A DNA stretch of 64,000 nucleotides, taken from the NCBI RefSeq assembly GCF_964204645.1, contig NC_134033.1, positions 7,200,655 through 7,264,654 of the forward strand, written 5' to 3'. The stretch is from Tubulanus polymorphus (taxonomy: Eukaryota > Animalia > Nemertea). Position 1 is the stretch's first letter. Every line of letters begins with the position of its first letter. A model generated the notes under the pieces. The model was not told the origin of the DNA. It searched no databases and was given only the letters and a program-made list of their open reading frames with translations. A program made the translations under genes and the position numbers. Positions 27,653 to 40,780 of the stretch are shown here, piece after piece.

Positions 27653-28440
27653 CAGTAGACTCCGCATACCTCGGATTCATACACCTCCGAATATTGCTTA
27701 CATCAGAACAAATCTAAAATATTTTTCTTAATGCAATTATTTCTCAAATGAAAATCTCCGAGTAGCTCGGAGTTGCATACATCTGAATATCGCATACCTC
27801 AGAATCATTTTTTTTATAAAATGAGTCCTAAAATCGTGTACCTCGGAAATTCTGAACATCGTCCCGACAATATTTTTTCAAAAATGCATCCCTAGCCTAC
27901 TGCATAACAATTTGAAACAGATTAATCAACACCTGTTCTTGGACGCGACGTGAATCAACATCTGTACTTTGTTACCACGTGTATTGCGACAGATATGCTG
28001 ATGATCGTAAGAAGTGGAAGCGTGCCAGTCGCGCTAGTTCTCGGCTGTCTTTAATACGAATAGTCAATTGAATGGATGTAGGCGGAGCTATATAGACTTG
28101 TCACTGCACATCAAACCCATGTGTTTTTAAATTCTCTCAACTTGGAAGGAGGCTTTACTTGGTGTACTACAGTACGATGTTTTGATATAAAAGATGACAA
28201 GTCAAATCTCCCCGGGGATATGAGGTTTTGATTGAAATAAATAACAATAAAAACCTGTCAGATATGGTACATATACAATGTTTATTCAACAAAGATTAGT
28301 ATAAGAAGGATAATTTGAGCCCACGTGTCAGCAACAATTTTTTTTATGACAAAATTTGCGGACCTTATGTACCTCGGAAATAGCATACCACAGAAAAAAT
28401 TTTCCAGTCCCAAGAATTCCGAGGTAAGCGGAGTCTACTG
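27653..28440. mobile_element. Tc1/mariner (pogo/Tigger-like) MITE
   Basis: TIRs CAGTAGACTCCGC(A/T)TACCTCGGA, TA on both flanks, subterminal repeats of TACCTCGGA. Confidence 0.85.
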
Positions 28441-29338
28441 TATATATACTATTGATCTCCACAGTGGTTCTAGACAAAAGCGGTGTTTCGCAATGATGTT
28501 GTTAAAAAGATTTCAGAGATCGTAGCACCGGTTTTATGAGACACTTTTACGGTCTGTTCTTTAAGTACGTTTACGATCTTACATCAACTTCTCCCCAAGA
28601 CCCAAACCCCCCTATCATTTTCTCAACGGAACTACATCGATTTCAAGAATGATAAAAATGGACCTCCAACCACGGAAATCCGCGAAAGATTTTCATCCCT
28701 GAATCTAATGGCATAGCAGTTGGCTCCAGTTGAAAAATCATTCGACAAAGGCCATCTTTTAGTTAAAAAAATCAAAAAAGTTTTGGCGCCAAAAAATCTA
28801 ATTTGTTGTCAGGTATGTTTACACATGTGAGCAATGCACATGGTTATATTATTACATCTATATACGAACGTCCTATAAACTCATTAATTGAGTTTATCGT
28901 CTTAAGGCAAAACTTTTGTCAGAAGCTAAGCTGCCACTTAAAAAAACTATCATATCCTTTATGAAAAACTCTGTATATATGCCAAGTTTCATGAGTAATT
29001 AATAAATAGACTTCTCAAACTGGGAATGAACAAGAGGCCCACGGGCCTTGTACCTTTATGACGCAGTAGAAGAAGATTGATTCAGTATTCAAAGTTTTAC
29101 AGAATGATTTACATTGTAACGAAGTAACAAGTTTTAAAATAGTTAAGAGGTATAGGCTATATGGCGATAATGTTCATTTTCTGTTAATATATCCTTACAT
29201 GAAAAGACAAGCCCATTTTAGCTGCCCCAAAGATGACACTACATGAAAAAATGCATCAAGAATTGGTGTAGGCATCGTGCTGAAAAAAAAATCCAAGATG
29301 GATGGCAACCCTGGTGGCCATACTTGAACTCAATTTTC

Positions 29339-30462
29339 AACAAGGCAATTTGATACTATGTATCTATGTCCCCCGCGATAGCCAGTAGGGAATGAATGAC
29401 CCCTGAAGACACTGATCTTTGGTATAGAAAAATTATGAGTGTATCCAGGGAAAACCATACATTGAAATATCATTTTCCTGCTATGAATGGTTATTTAAGA
29501 ATTGAGTTTACAGGGTTTTAGACAAAAGACTTCTACCAACCTTGACCTTTGACCCTAGAACTCCAAAATCACTAATGCACATCCTCTCCCCAGGGGTAAT
29601 CATACTATGAAATAGCATTGTTCTGTTATGAATGTTTCTTCTTGAAACGTGTTTACAAGGTTTCATATGAATGACCTGTAGTGACCTTGACCTTTGGTCC
29701 TTGGACCCCAAAATCAATAGGACACATCCTCTCCCTAGGAGTAATCATACTACGTAATATCATGGTCCTGCTATCGACGGTTCGTGAATCACGTTCACAA
29801 AGTTTCACATGAATGACCTGTAGTGACCTTGACCTTTGATCCTTGGACCCCAAAATCAATAGGGCATATCCTCTCCCTAGGGGTAATCATACTACGTAAT
29901 ATCATGGTCCTGCTATCAACGGTTCATCTTGAATGACGTTCACAAGCTTTCACATGAATGACCTGTAGTGACCTTGACCTTTGATCCTTGGACCCCAGAA
30001 TCAATAGGGCACATCCTCTCCCTAGGGGTAATCACACTACGTAATATCATGGTCTTGCTATCCACAGTTCTTCTTGAATGACGTTCACAAGGTTTCACAT
30101 GAATGACCTGTAGTGACCTTGACCTTTGGTCCTTGGACCCCAGATTCAATAGGGCACATCCTCTCCCTAGGAGTAATCATACTACGTAATATCATGGTCC
30201 TGCTATCGACGGTTCGTGAATCACGTTCACAAAGTTTCACATGAATGACCTGTAGTGACCTTGACCTTCGATCCTTGGACCCCAGAATCAATAGGGCACA
30301 TCCTCTCCCTAGGGGTAATCATACTGTGTAATATCATAGTCATGCGATCAACAGTTCTTCTTGAATCACGTTCACAAGCTCATGCGGACGGATGGACAGA
30401 CGAACGGACATAGGCGGATACCAAGTCCCCCGCTCGCGGCCTACGCTGCGCGGAGGACAATA
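29339..30462 (-). mobile_element. HINE with internal 142-145 bp tandem array, nested in an older HINE that starts at about 29029
   Basis: GATAC-TAT-GTATC palindrome, subTIR GTCCCCCGC at both ends, (GGAC)-like microsatellite at about 30385-30410, about 6 tandem units. Confidence 0.8.
29500..30380. repeat. tandem array, 142/145 bp units
   Basis: GTGACCTTGACC recurs at 29681, 29823, 29968, 30113 and 30255. Confidence 0.95.
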
Positions 30463-31554
30463 AGGTGTAGACATTTCACCTACCAAAATTCTTACAACTA
30501 GTATCCTGAAAATGCATTAAGAATTGCAGGCCGTTTCGTGCTAGAAATTCAAGATGGCTGACCTGACGGCCATATTTGAAGGCCGATGACCTCCATATAC
30601 AAAAGGCATGGACAGCTTGACCCTGATCCTTACACCAAATTTTGTGGAAATCCATCAAGAATGCGGGCTGCATTGTGCAAACAAGAAACTCAAGATGGCT
30701 ACCCCAATGGCAGCCATACTTGATCACCAATGACATTTTTTTAGAATAGGGGTGGATATCTCGCCAGACCCAATCTTCATGCTAATTTTGAAAAAGATTC
30801 ATCACAAATTACAGGCGAATTACTGTGTCGAATTCAATTCCAGAGGTCCTGGCTTAGGCCTATGTAAAAGGAGTCAATTAAGATTAGACTTTTTGAAAAA
30901 CCAGCACAGATGCCTATTCAAATCACATGTAATTAAAAAATTCAGTGCTTTTTAGTTTGATGTCCCGGTTTTCATCGCGCACGTGGTTAAAATTATTGTT
31001 TACATTGAACGTCTTCAACAGCTGATACGACCGCACCCGCGTCTGTCAATCATCTTAATTGATTCAAATACTAAAATACTCACCATGAAAAAACTATGCG
31101 GTGGATCAATCCAGAATTTTTCAGTAGAATATCAGACAATAGGTACCTTTCTTAAAGGTTTATTTGTTGTATGTCATTAACAATCAGTTATATAATACTT
31201 TATTCATAACTTTGAAGCGGCGTGCCGGCAGCGAACGCTCAAGCAAGGTCAGTCATGTAGGCCAACGATACACGAAACAGACCACGGTTTTGCCGGTTAA
31301 GAGCGTCTCTCCACATAAATTAGATGGACTGTAATGGACCATTTGTTGACACTAACCTTAAATAAACTTTGTATGGATACAATTAAGATAATTCCACCCT
31401 ATAATTCCACTATTCAACGATCGACGCGCAACTTAAACATGGCGCCGCCATTCAATACGCTAGTCACAATGTATCTCTACACACATCAAAATCACACTTG
31501 AATTACAAGTGTCGACTTATGAGAAACGATCGAAATCTAGCAAGTTGATTGGGA

Positions 31555-33694
31555 CACTAGGGGTCCAGGGACACCATGCCCGCGTGGGAAGTGGTTTCAA
31601 ACACTCAACAATCTAACAATTTCAATACATAACGCCCCCTAGTGACCATATACAAAAACCAATGACTTTGAAACCCACCAAAATCATCGAACATGTCAGC
31701 AGCTATGATTTTGTAATTGATTGTGATAACAAAACATGCCTCGTTACCAATTTAATATGGAAAAACTAAGTTATTCTACTATTCAATGCCCCTGTTGGCC
31801 ATATGCCCCGAAAATAGCCGCCCTTGTGCCCTTCAGATGTGTCCCATGCTCGCCCTTGTGCCTTTATCACTTGCCGTAGGTCCGCCCACCTGCCCTTGTC
31901 AGTCACGAGTAATGAGTCAGGGCTTACAAAACAAGCCGTTGCATCCGACTGTTAGTAAGTATTCTGCGATGACTATGAAATATCTCGTATGATATCAACG
32001 ATAGTAGCTCATGTGATCAGTGGTTATATTTAAATGTACTGCAGTCAGTGTGCATCCTGTGAAAATGTGCCTCAGACGCGTGGCCTAATTAAGTTTCCAG
32101 GAAATTGGCTGACTTCCAAACTACTGCCAATCATTCTAGCGATTGCCGTTGTAAAGCTGGTAGTGAATATTCGATGGATTGGTTCGTTTTGAACACATCG
32201 TGATGCTCTGGATCTTTTTATCTAGACTATTAGACAAATTTTATATATACAAGGTGAAAAACTTTGTTCGGTGAACTCACAGAGAGACTCGCAGAGACAA
32301 TTAGTTTGAGCAGCCTAATAGCAATAATGTGTTCTTAAGCTGGCTGCTTACCAATTATCAACAGTTAACTGCCAATCACTAACACTATCAATTTAAATCA
32401 ATTAATTTGATATTTCTAAGATTAAAAATATGCAATTTCATGTAGGCCTATACACTATTGATGGCTCTTTTTCGCTGTATCATTTGCTTTTTGAGATTGC
32501 TTGTTTCTGCTATTTTTTTGTCTGCAACTGGTTTTCCAAATCATTTTGAAAGCCCTATAGATTAACTTTTGTTCATTGACAGGCATAGGTGTAAGGATGT
32601 ACTGTGGTCAAGTGTGTCACTCATGGCAAAATCAGAGTTAAACATAGTTTCTAGTCATCAATCGTAGCAGGGGGTACTACTAAATGCCCTTATTAGAAAT
32701 CAGCACCCTACCCTTTTCTAATGCTAGATGAAGCACTGTCATGGTAACAAAATATGCCTAGGTACCAATCTAATAACGAAATACTAAGTTATTCTACTAT
32801 TCAATGCCCCTGGTGACCATATAGAATAACTAATTTCCTTAAAACTCACCAAAATCATGGAAGATGTCATGAGCTTCAACTTTGCAATTGATTGTGGTAA
32901 CAAAATATGCATAGGTACAAATATAATATAGAAATACTAAGTTATTGTATTACTCAACACCCCCTGGTGGCCATATACAAAAACCAATGACCTTGAAACT
33001 CACCCAAAACATAGAACATATTATGGGCTACAACTTTCTAATTGAATATAGTAACACAATATGCTTAGGTATCAATTTAATGTGGAAAAACTTTTTCCCA
33101 CCTACGAATGAGTACTGATGACACCAAGATGGCCGCCAATTGAGTCATTATTGGCTGATCAAAAATACCTGTCTCAGGTATAAAACATCCCTTTCCAAAG
33201 AATACCCATCACAAATTGCAATGAGAAATGGCAAAGCAGTATGAAGCTACAGGACCTAGAATTCTGGCCAAAATTGACATTTTTCGGCACCAAAAAGGTC
33301 ATAGGACGGCCATCTTGAGTCAGATCGACCCAATTGTTCTCATGCTGATGGGCCCTAGGTAGATTCAAATATAAACTAAAGATCAAGGTCATTGATCAAA
33401 GCGTCTTCAAAATTTCCTTCGAAAACTTCGAAAATGTGTAAGAAGTGCTGATTTTGGCGAACAACAATGGCTGCCAGTCGGCCATCGTGACTCTGAAAGG
33501 GCCAGTTTTTGGGATGAAGATGTGTCTAGGGTAGATACACGTATAAACCAAATATGAAGACATTACCTTGAAGGGTCTTCAAAATTTCTCAAAATGATTG
33601 GATTCCGTCTACGGATGGACGCTACGACGGACGGACGATGGACGAAAAGTGAATGCAATAGCCCGCTGGGACTAAAGTCCCAAGTGGGCTAAAA
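31555..33694 (-). mobile_element. HINE family 1, copy 2, with an unrelated insert at about 31805-32738
   Basis: Same ends and tandem units as 18988-20010. Confidence 0.8.
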
Positions 33695-34250
33695 TGGAGC
33701 ACTATAGTTGAAAAAAGTTGATAAACCACCTCTGACTGTCGAATCATTTAAAAGCTTCGCCTTCACATGGAACTATTTCCGCCTTATAACAGGTGCACTC
33801 TACCGCCGTGATTCGCCCATTCAACGATAAAAACTTTCCCACAGTCTTACTATCGGCATTTTCTAATAATTTAGGGAAATATTTTTAAAAAGCAAAATTT
33901 CACACTCTGCATTAATAAGATTGAAGTATTTATTCGTTTGACAAATCTTCCTCTGAACTCCCACCAACAAGTTATAAGTGGCGACACGAAATTGACGTCA
34001 TCGACTCACTACTATCTTATAACCTTCATGACTACGTCATGAAGGTAAAAATGAGTTTCCACTTCATAGTTTAGAAGAAGTGCATTCAGTCCAAGCATTT
34101 AGAGCAATTTTGAACATCCAGCATTTGATATATTTTGAATGGTAAGATTTAGGATATAACTAACTCAATCGACAAACAGTATCTCAAGCAGTGCAGGTTG
34201 AGCCCCTGAATAAGCCCCTTGAAACAAATCAAATTCATATTCCTTAACCC

Positions 34251-34791
34251 AAACAAGAGCCCCAAGGGGCACTATGGCCAGCCTGTCAGCTTTTCATAAA
34301 ATGGCAAATGATGATGCATTATCTGGGTTAAATTTATCTGAGGTATCAAATATTGAGGTTTATTTGAGGTATCAAATACCTCAGATAAATCTTTTCCCTT
34401 GGTCTTATTGATTTTAATGCAGAATAGAATTGAGTTTTCTGAAATTTGCTCAATAAAACAAAATTGAATTGGTTTTTGATTGAATTTTTAGTTTGAGCAC
34501 ATGGCTAATTAGCATATCAAGGTCATCTATCCGATTTAAGAAAAAGCTATTTTTCCCAGACTTTGCACAATAGTGCTAATAAAAATATTCCTCCCAAAAA
34601 CCAAATCAACTAAAGCTTTCACAGAAATCGATCTTGAAATACAATTTTAGATCTTAAAATAAAACCCTGAAGTAAATGAAGTATGAATATATGCTCAGTT
34701 GCACAGTAAAAGAGCCTTTGCTCTGGAAACCATGTCATTTAAATTCGCTCCATTTGTATAGTAATTAGGCTCAGCCTACGGCTGGCCTAAA
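34251..34791 (-). mobile_element. HINE family 2, internally deleted copy
   Basis: AACAAGAGCCCC-AA-GGGGC end and AGGCTCAGCCTACGGCTGGCCTAAAAA end. Confidence 0.8.
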
Positions 34792-35635
34792 AATTGAAAA
34801 ACCACCGAATCACTAATATTTAAGTTTTTGCGTTTGACATAGTGGGCACCTATCCAGAGGTTACGTGATCTAATAATAAGCTCATTTTAAGCGCATTATA
34901 ATTAACCATATGATTTATATTTCGGACAGTAGACATGAACTATTCCATTTCAGCTGTTAGCCGAGGCTACAAACCAGATTTGTTCATTTTCATACCTGAA
35001 ATTTAGGGGGTTATCAAATAAATAGGCAACCAACTATAATTTCTGCAAATTAGCCCATTTCCATAAGGCGTCACTTTCAGTCGGAAAAGTTATCACCAAA
35101 ATATTCCAAGGATCATACCCTATCAACTTTTCAATTACCATAAAGCTCTTACAGTTTTCACTCTATGGATCTCCAAAGTTACTACTGATTTTCCTACTTT
35201 TTAGTTAACAATGATGGGCACTCTGAGGGTTTTTCTCAAACCACACATGGGCACTGAAAGAGTTAATAGGAAAACATTGCAAGCAGGTGCAAGTTGACAC
35301 TTTAGATGGTAGATAACGAGAAATGTAACAGAAGAGATGAGTAAACCTGCTATGAACACCTTCACAACGAATCGCACCAGACCGACCCAATAACCAGTCA
35401 CACCAGACCAGGAGGTTGGCAACACCCTAAACCCCCTATCAATACATCATGTTTCTGAGATTTCTTGCGGATCTGCAGAGAATTTGTATCTGTAACCTTT
35501 CATAAAAACACTCCACGTTGTAATGATGATATCAAATCTAAAGATTCGGAAATGCTTCTTGAGCTAAAAGATGTTTCCACAAAAATAGAAACGCCCAAAA
35601 ATGAAAGAGCAATTATATGATATATGATAACATAC

Positions 35636-35771
35636 CTCTTTATCAAGACTAGCTTCTAAACGTAAATGCCCCGAACTGCCAAAAAAATCTTTTGTGGCTT
35701 CCGCACTCGGCTGTGGTGCTGGTTCCTCAGGGGCGTATGTTAATTTTCTAATTGCCAAACGGACGGAGTTC
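35636..35771 (-). CDS. ARRB: beta-arrestin exon 8-equivalent, [45 protein letters not shown]
   Basis: TAG/GTATGT borders, 136 nt, polar-core Arg (IRK) and EASLDKE motif. Confidence 0.96.
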
Positions 35772-36078
35772 CTAAAAATGGCAAAATCATAGCATTAAAT
35801 AAATCAAATATATAAATAACAGTTTTTTAAATGATTAAGTATTTTATTCACAAATTACATCATGAGATACAATCAAACTTGCCACACGTAAAACATTATG
35901 GGCATGTGTGGATAATAGTATAGATATTACATAGTAGAAGTCAAGATTGGATAGTAGAAAAAGAGCCAAAATATGAGAAAAAATTTGAAAATTTGAAAGG
36001 AAAAGAAAAGAAGAAAGATTACAAAAACATATACATGAATACATACATCATTCATACATGAATACATTCATCAATAAA

Positions 36079-36081
<3 letters not shown>

Positions 36082-36111
<30 letters not shown>
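36082..36111. repeat. (TA)n microsatellite
   Basis: Read directly from the sequence. Confidence 0.95.
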
Positions 36112-36116
<5 letters not shown>

Positions 36117-36239
36117 TAAACATCACATAGTCAAATACTGTTGCATCGTTCATAACCTTCACAAATAAATAAAGCCGGTTTTGATAAAAGTTTGATTGAT
36201 AACTGAAGTGAAGTGATGATATCAACATCACCATACAGT

Positions 36240-37120
36240 AACTAGAGCCCCAAGGGGCACTATGGCCAGCCTGTCAGCTTTTCATAAAATGGCAAATGAT
36301 GATGCATCTGTGGGTTAAATTTGTCGAAATACACTCCCAGCTCAGAGTCAATATCTAATAATTTACACAATACAATCGTAGAATACAAAAGTAGCACAGA
36401 CTGCGACTGGATCTGGCAGGAACAAATACCTCAGATAAATCTTTTCCCTTGGTCTTATTGATTTTAATGCGGAATAGAATTAAATTTTTTGAAATTTGCT
36501 CAATAAAACAAAATTGAATTGGATTTGATGTTTTTATATGTTCAATAAAGTAAAATTGGATTTGATATTTATTGCGGAACAAAATTTGATTGAATTTGTA
36601 GTTTGAGCACATGGCTAATTAGCATATCAAGGTCATCTATCCGATTTAAGAAAGAGCTATTTTTCCCGGACTTTGCACAATGGTCAATAATATTTTCCGT
36701 AGCGCCAATAAAAATTTTCTTCCCAAAAACCAAATCAACCAAAGCTTTCACAGAAATTGATCTTGAAATACAATTTTAGATCTTAAAATATAACCCGGAA
36801 GTAAAACGGTAGACGATACTGTGGGTTCACCTGAACACAACGGCTAAGTCAATCATAGAGGAGTCTTTGCTTTCTGATTGGCTTTTCAAAACCAATATCT
36901 TTGCAATCAGATATTCGTGAAAAAGCTCATATAAATCTTAACGAGGGCCTCTTTCAAAATTCAGCTACATAGAGTTTGGAGAATGGATAATGCTTTAATG
37001 AATGATTTGTATGAATATATGCTCAGTTGCACAGTAAAAGAGCTTTTGCTCTGGAAACCATGTCATTTAAATTCCCTCCATTTGTATAGTAATGGGCTCA
37101 GCCTACGGCTGGCCTAAAAA
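36240..37120 (-). mobile_element. HINE family 2 copy
   Basis: Colinear with 44582-45480. Confidence 0.8.
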
Positions 37121-37569
37121 TTTACACTATTTTCTATTGTTAGTGGGGCAAAATAAGTAAGTATACTAACGTTTTCCAAATCGCTGCAGGGTTATATTTA
37201 AGGAAAAAATTTCATTCATTATTGGTCCACAGATCATTTTACCGGCCCATAGTTTTTATACTGCTGTCTTTTATCTAATTCAAGTGGCTGTAGATACAGA
37301 GACAGGCGATTGAGGGAAAACTACAGATTGATAAAAAGATCGAGTTCAATCCGATATACATGTATGCCAAGATTGCTTTGATAACTACCCGTTCCAGGGG
37401 AACTCCCGTTTTCATAATGTGCATTTCTCTACTTAATTGGGATCTAAAAACTCAAATTGACAACATCTCAAATTTTGTCCATTAGTGGCTAACGCTTTCA
37501 GTTGCTCATCACCATACTCTGCCTTCTATTCTGATCAGCTAGGGATGCCCTGGACCCTACACGCAGTAA

Positions 37570-38070
37570 TGATATTTATAGTGTGGTTATCATTAGTAGT
37601 ATTATTTGTTATTAGAATTATCATCAGTGTCTTTATTAGTGTAATTATTAGTCTCCTTATCTGCTATTAGTGTTATCACCAGTGTTATTATTAGCCTTAA
37701 CATTAATTTTATTATTGTTATTATCAGCATTACTATTAGTGTTATTATGTGCACGATTATCAGTTTTTTTTCTTTTTTTTTTATTTTGCGTGCTGTGCAT
37801 TTTTTTTCTTCTTTTCTATTATTATCATTTTTCTTTAAATTCTATTATTATCATTTTTTTTTCTTTTTTTAGTGTTATTATGTGCACGATTATCATTTTT
37901 TTAGTTTTTTTTTATTTTGCGTGCTGTGTATTTTTTTTCTTCTTTTCTATTATCATTTTTTTTAAAATTTTATTATTATCATTTTTTTTTCTCCTTATTA
38001 TTATCATTTATTATCATTTTCATCATTAACTTTATAAGTATTCTTATCATTATCATTACCATCAATATTG
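37570..38070. repeat. low-complexity (TTA)n and T-rich tract
   Basis: Degenerate TTA/TCA triplets and T runs, with an internal duplication of about 130 bp. Confidence 0.85.
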
Positions 38071-38794
38071 TAAGGATCTGATTTAACAGAACTATCATAT
38101 GTATATATCATAATCTATTGTCATATTCATTAGTTTTCAGTGTTCATCCCCTCTCTGAGTACAGACTTGTTTGGCTTGGAATGAATCCTTGACACATTAC
38201 TGAACATTATTAATGATTTATATTTGCATATATTTGTATTCTCTTGACCTCTGTACTGGTCTTTTGTGTCTAAATAAACTTCGTTCATTCAATGAAGCAA
38301 ACACAAAGCTATAATCGGACTGTATACTGAGAGCGGACTGGGGGAATGCACAATGGAAAACACACAAGACACGGATAAACACATGTTTGCACAAAGATGA
38401 AATTACACATACAGTTGTAGCTGAAATATCCACTGGCCTGACGGACTTCTAGCAATAAAGAATCTACTGGCCTGATAGGAAATTCACTGGCCTCGCCAGG
38501 GCTTAAATCGAACCCTGTCGTTGAGAAGATTACTGATACACAGAGGTTCTGTGAGGTTGTGAGGTTTTTATGGAAGAAGTAACAACATCTTGGAAATAAT
38601 GAGAATATAGACAAAACATAACTAACACCTCCGTGCAACCAAAGAATCAATTAACTATTCGAGCATAAGCCCATCCAAAACACTACTATAAGGTCAGCTT
38701 CTTTTATTCACCTAGTCATCTCCATATGGTTGAGTATCAGATAGTGAGTGGGAGTGGGAAGAAAATAATGTTCTTTGCTGCTTTTGAGAAGTAG

Positions 38795-38953
38795 GGGGTC
38801 GTTCCTTTATTATGTACGCATTAGAGGAGTGGGAGGGGTCAGTGCAATTGCGTATGTTTAATGTACATGAAAAAATGGCAGATTTTGCGTACAGAGGGGG
38901 AGGGGGGGTTGAAAAATTCAAATTTTATGCGTACGTAACAAATGAATGACCCC
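38795..38953. mobile_element. short MITE (PIF/Harbinger-like termini); second copy at about 51714-51870
   Basis: Imperfect TIRs GGGGTC(A/G)TTC.TTTATTA.GTACGCA and TGCGTACGTAA.AAATGAATGACCCC. Two similar copies. Confidence 0.7.
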
Positions 38954-39002
38954 AGGTACAAACCTCTGTATGTTATGACTGGCGTATCTGAGTCTGATTT
39001 AC

Positions 39003-39070
39003 CTTTTATGTGGCTTTTCATCAATGCTTTCTCCGACAAAGGTTTTCAACTCATAATCAACTCCGCATGG
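39003..39070 (-). CDS. ARRB: beta-arrestin exon 7-equivalent, PCGVDYELKTFVGESIDEKPHK(R)
   Basis: TTTTTTCAG acceptor, GTAAA donor, 68 nt, CGVDYE motif. Confidence 0.96.
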
Positions 39071-39316
39071 CTGAAAAAAATGGATGAAAAAATCCTTCTG
39101 AGTACTATCAGCTTACCTTTTATTTTAAAAAATGCAGTGTTCATAGTCTTTTTCATGTTTTAAAGATTACAAAACTTCGAGCCCATAAATGATAAGATAC
39201 TTCCAGTTGTAGTCAATTGACAGACAGAGTTTTGCACCTGTTACTTGGAATGTTTATGCCTCCTATGAGCAGGGTTTGGTTAGAATCTTTATTCAACAAT
39301 GAAGGTCTTACTATAC

Positions 39317-39376
39317 CTTGCCAGTATCACCAGGTGCAGGCTGTAATGTCACAGATGCTGGCGCATTTGGAGGTAA
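39317..39376 (-). CDS. ARRB: beta-arrestin exon 6-equivalent, LPPNAPASVTLQPAPGDTGK
   Basis: CAG/GT borders, 60 nt, SVTLQP motif. Confidence 0.96.
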
Positions 39377-39926
39377 CTGAAAGAATATTAAGATTGTATT
39401 CATTTCTTTCATAATTATCATATCGACCAATAGGGAAATGAGATGAAAAGCTCTTAAGTGGAGGATACCATCATAGTGGCCTCTGGAAAAGCACTTGCAC
39501 TACGATATCTCATAGTTTCAGCACTGGAATTCTGGAAAATCTCAGTGGGAGCTAGCATAGCACTGCATCTATGAAATGTCTCATAGGCCTAATAACAACT
39601 GGAAAAATGAGTTATTTCAGTTGTAAGTAATAAAGCACTAGAACTTTTAAGTGGTAACTCGCACTCGACTGATATCTCTAGCAACTGAAACTGAAACAAC
39701 AGAAATACTGATTAAGCACTGGAACAATATCTCATAGGGGGAACCATTACAGCACTGAAACTATATGATATTTCTGAACTTGAAATTTCATAAACTAAGA
39801 ATGCCATAATGGCAACTACGATTGCGCAGGAATAATGACATGTCTCATAGTGCTACTGGCAACTGCAAGAGCATCATAACTATTAGATATATTGCAAAAA
39901 ATCAACTGAATTAAAATCACACTTAC

Positions 39927-40168
39927 ATCAAAGAAAAATGGGTATGCATTTGGTCCTAACTTTTTAATAAGTCGTTCCTGCAGACGGGTCAGCGGTTTTT
40001 GTTGTTCTTTGATTGGAGGATAAACCTGCACCGATGCTAGAAACAGATCCTTACGGAACGTTAATCCAAGTACGTCAAGATCCTCGCGACCGTACCGAAA
40101 TGCGGCCAGTATATGTGCAAAGACTTTACGATCTTTCAAATACTCCGGATCGACTAACACTACGCCAT
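39927..40168 (-). CDS. ARRB: beta-arrestin exon 4+5-equivalent, (D)[41 protein letters not shown]...[13 protein letters not shown]
   Basis: Lies mostly within ORF 39816..40160. Finger loop [12 protein letters not shown] is typical of beta-arrestins. TAG acceptor, GTAAGT donor, 242 nt. Confidence 0.98.
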
Positions 40169-40282
40169 CTATTGGTGGAAAATTATGAAAAACATGACAT
40201 AGTTACATAATGTATAGAATTACATAATGTATAGGAAGCCGATTAAGGGACTTCAGAAATAAAGAGCGAGTGAAAAGTTTTA

Positions 40283-40735
40283 AAGTTCAAGTTTCAAGTT
40301 TATCTTATAGCTCTAAAAAGATATACAATTTTTCCGAGCATAACAAAATAGTATCAATATGAATATTGAAGCTGGCAAATGTGTACAATTAATAGCCCTA
40401 GCTATAACAACCATGTAACAGTCGTTCGTAATGTATTTAGATAGACTGTAATACGAGTTTTCATTATTGAGCAAGTGGATGAATGTATAATGATTTGCGC
40501 CAATTCTATATCTGTTAGGTATATACAAAATTCTAATTCTAAATAAAAATTCGCACTTCAGTATAAAATGATATTCGTCCCCAATAGTATTCACATTACA
40601 TTTATTACAAACTCGTTCGTTCCGTGGTTTGTTTCCATATCTACCAGTCTCTATTGGTAATTTATGGTTGGAACATCTAAATCTACTTCAACTCTGTGGT
40701 AGTGATGAAATATATTTTTCTTTTCTTTTTGAAAG
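40283..40735 (-). mobile_element. 3' end of an RTEX-like LINE
   Basis: Translates KFRCSNHKLPIETGRYG..RNERVCNKCNVNTIGDEYHFILKC (C-terminal zinc knuckle), followed by an (ACTTGA)-type tandem tail. Confidence 0.75.
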
Positions 40736-40780
40736 ACACCTACTATTACCTAATTCTAAAGGTAGCACCGGCAATATTAA

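Noticed and set aside
29508-30291. Four similar ORFs (MILGSKDQRSRSLQV...) and a superficially CRISPR-like periodicity
   Set aside because: They are translations of a 142-145 bp tandem repeat. Whole units repeat, there are no unique spacers or cas genes, and the context is eukaryotic.
37485-38029. Hydrophobic 61 aa and 119 aa ORFs resembling membrane proteins
   Set aside because: They are artefacts of a T-rich low-complexity tract.
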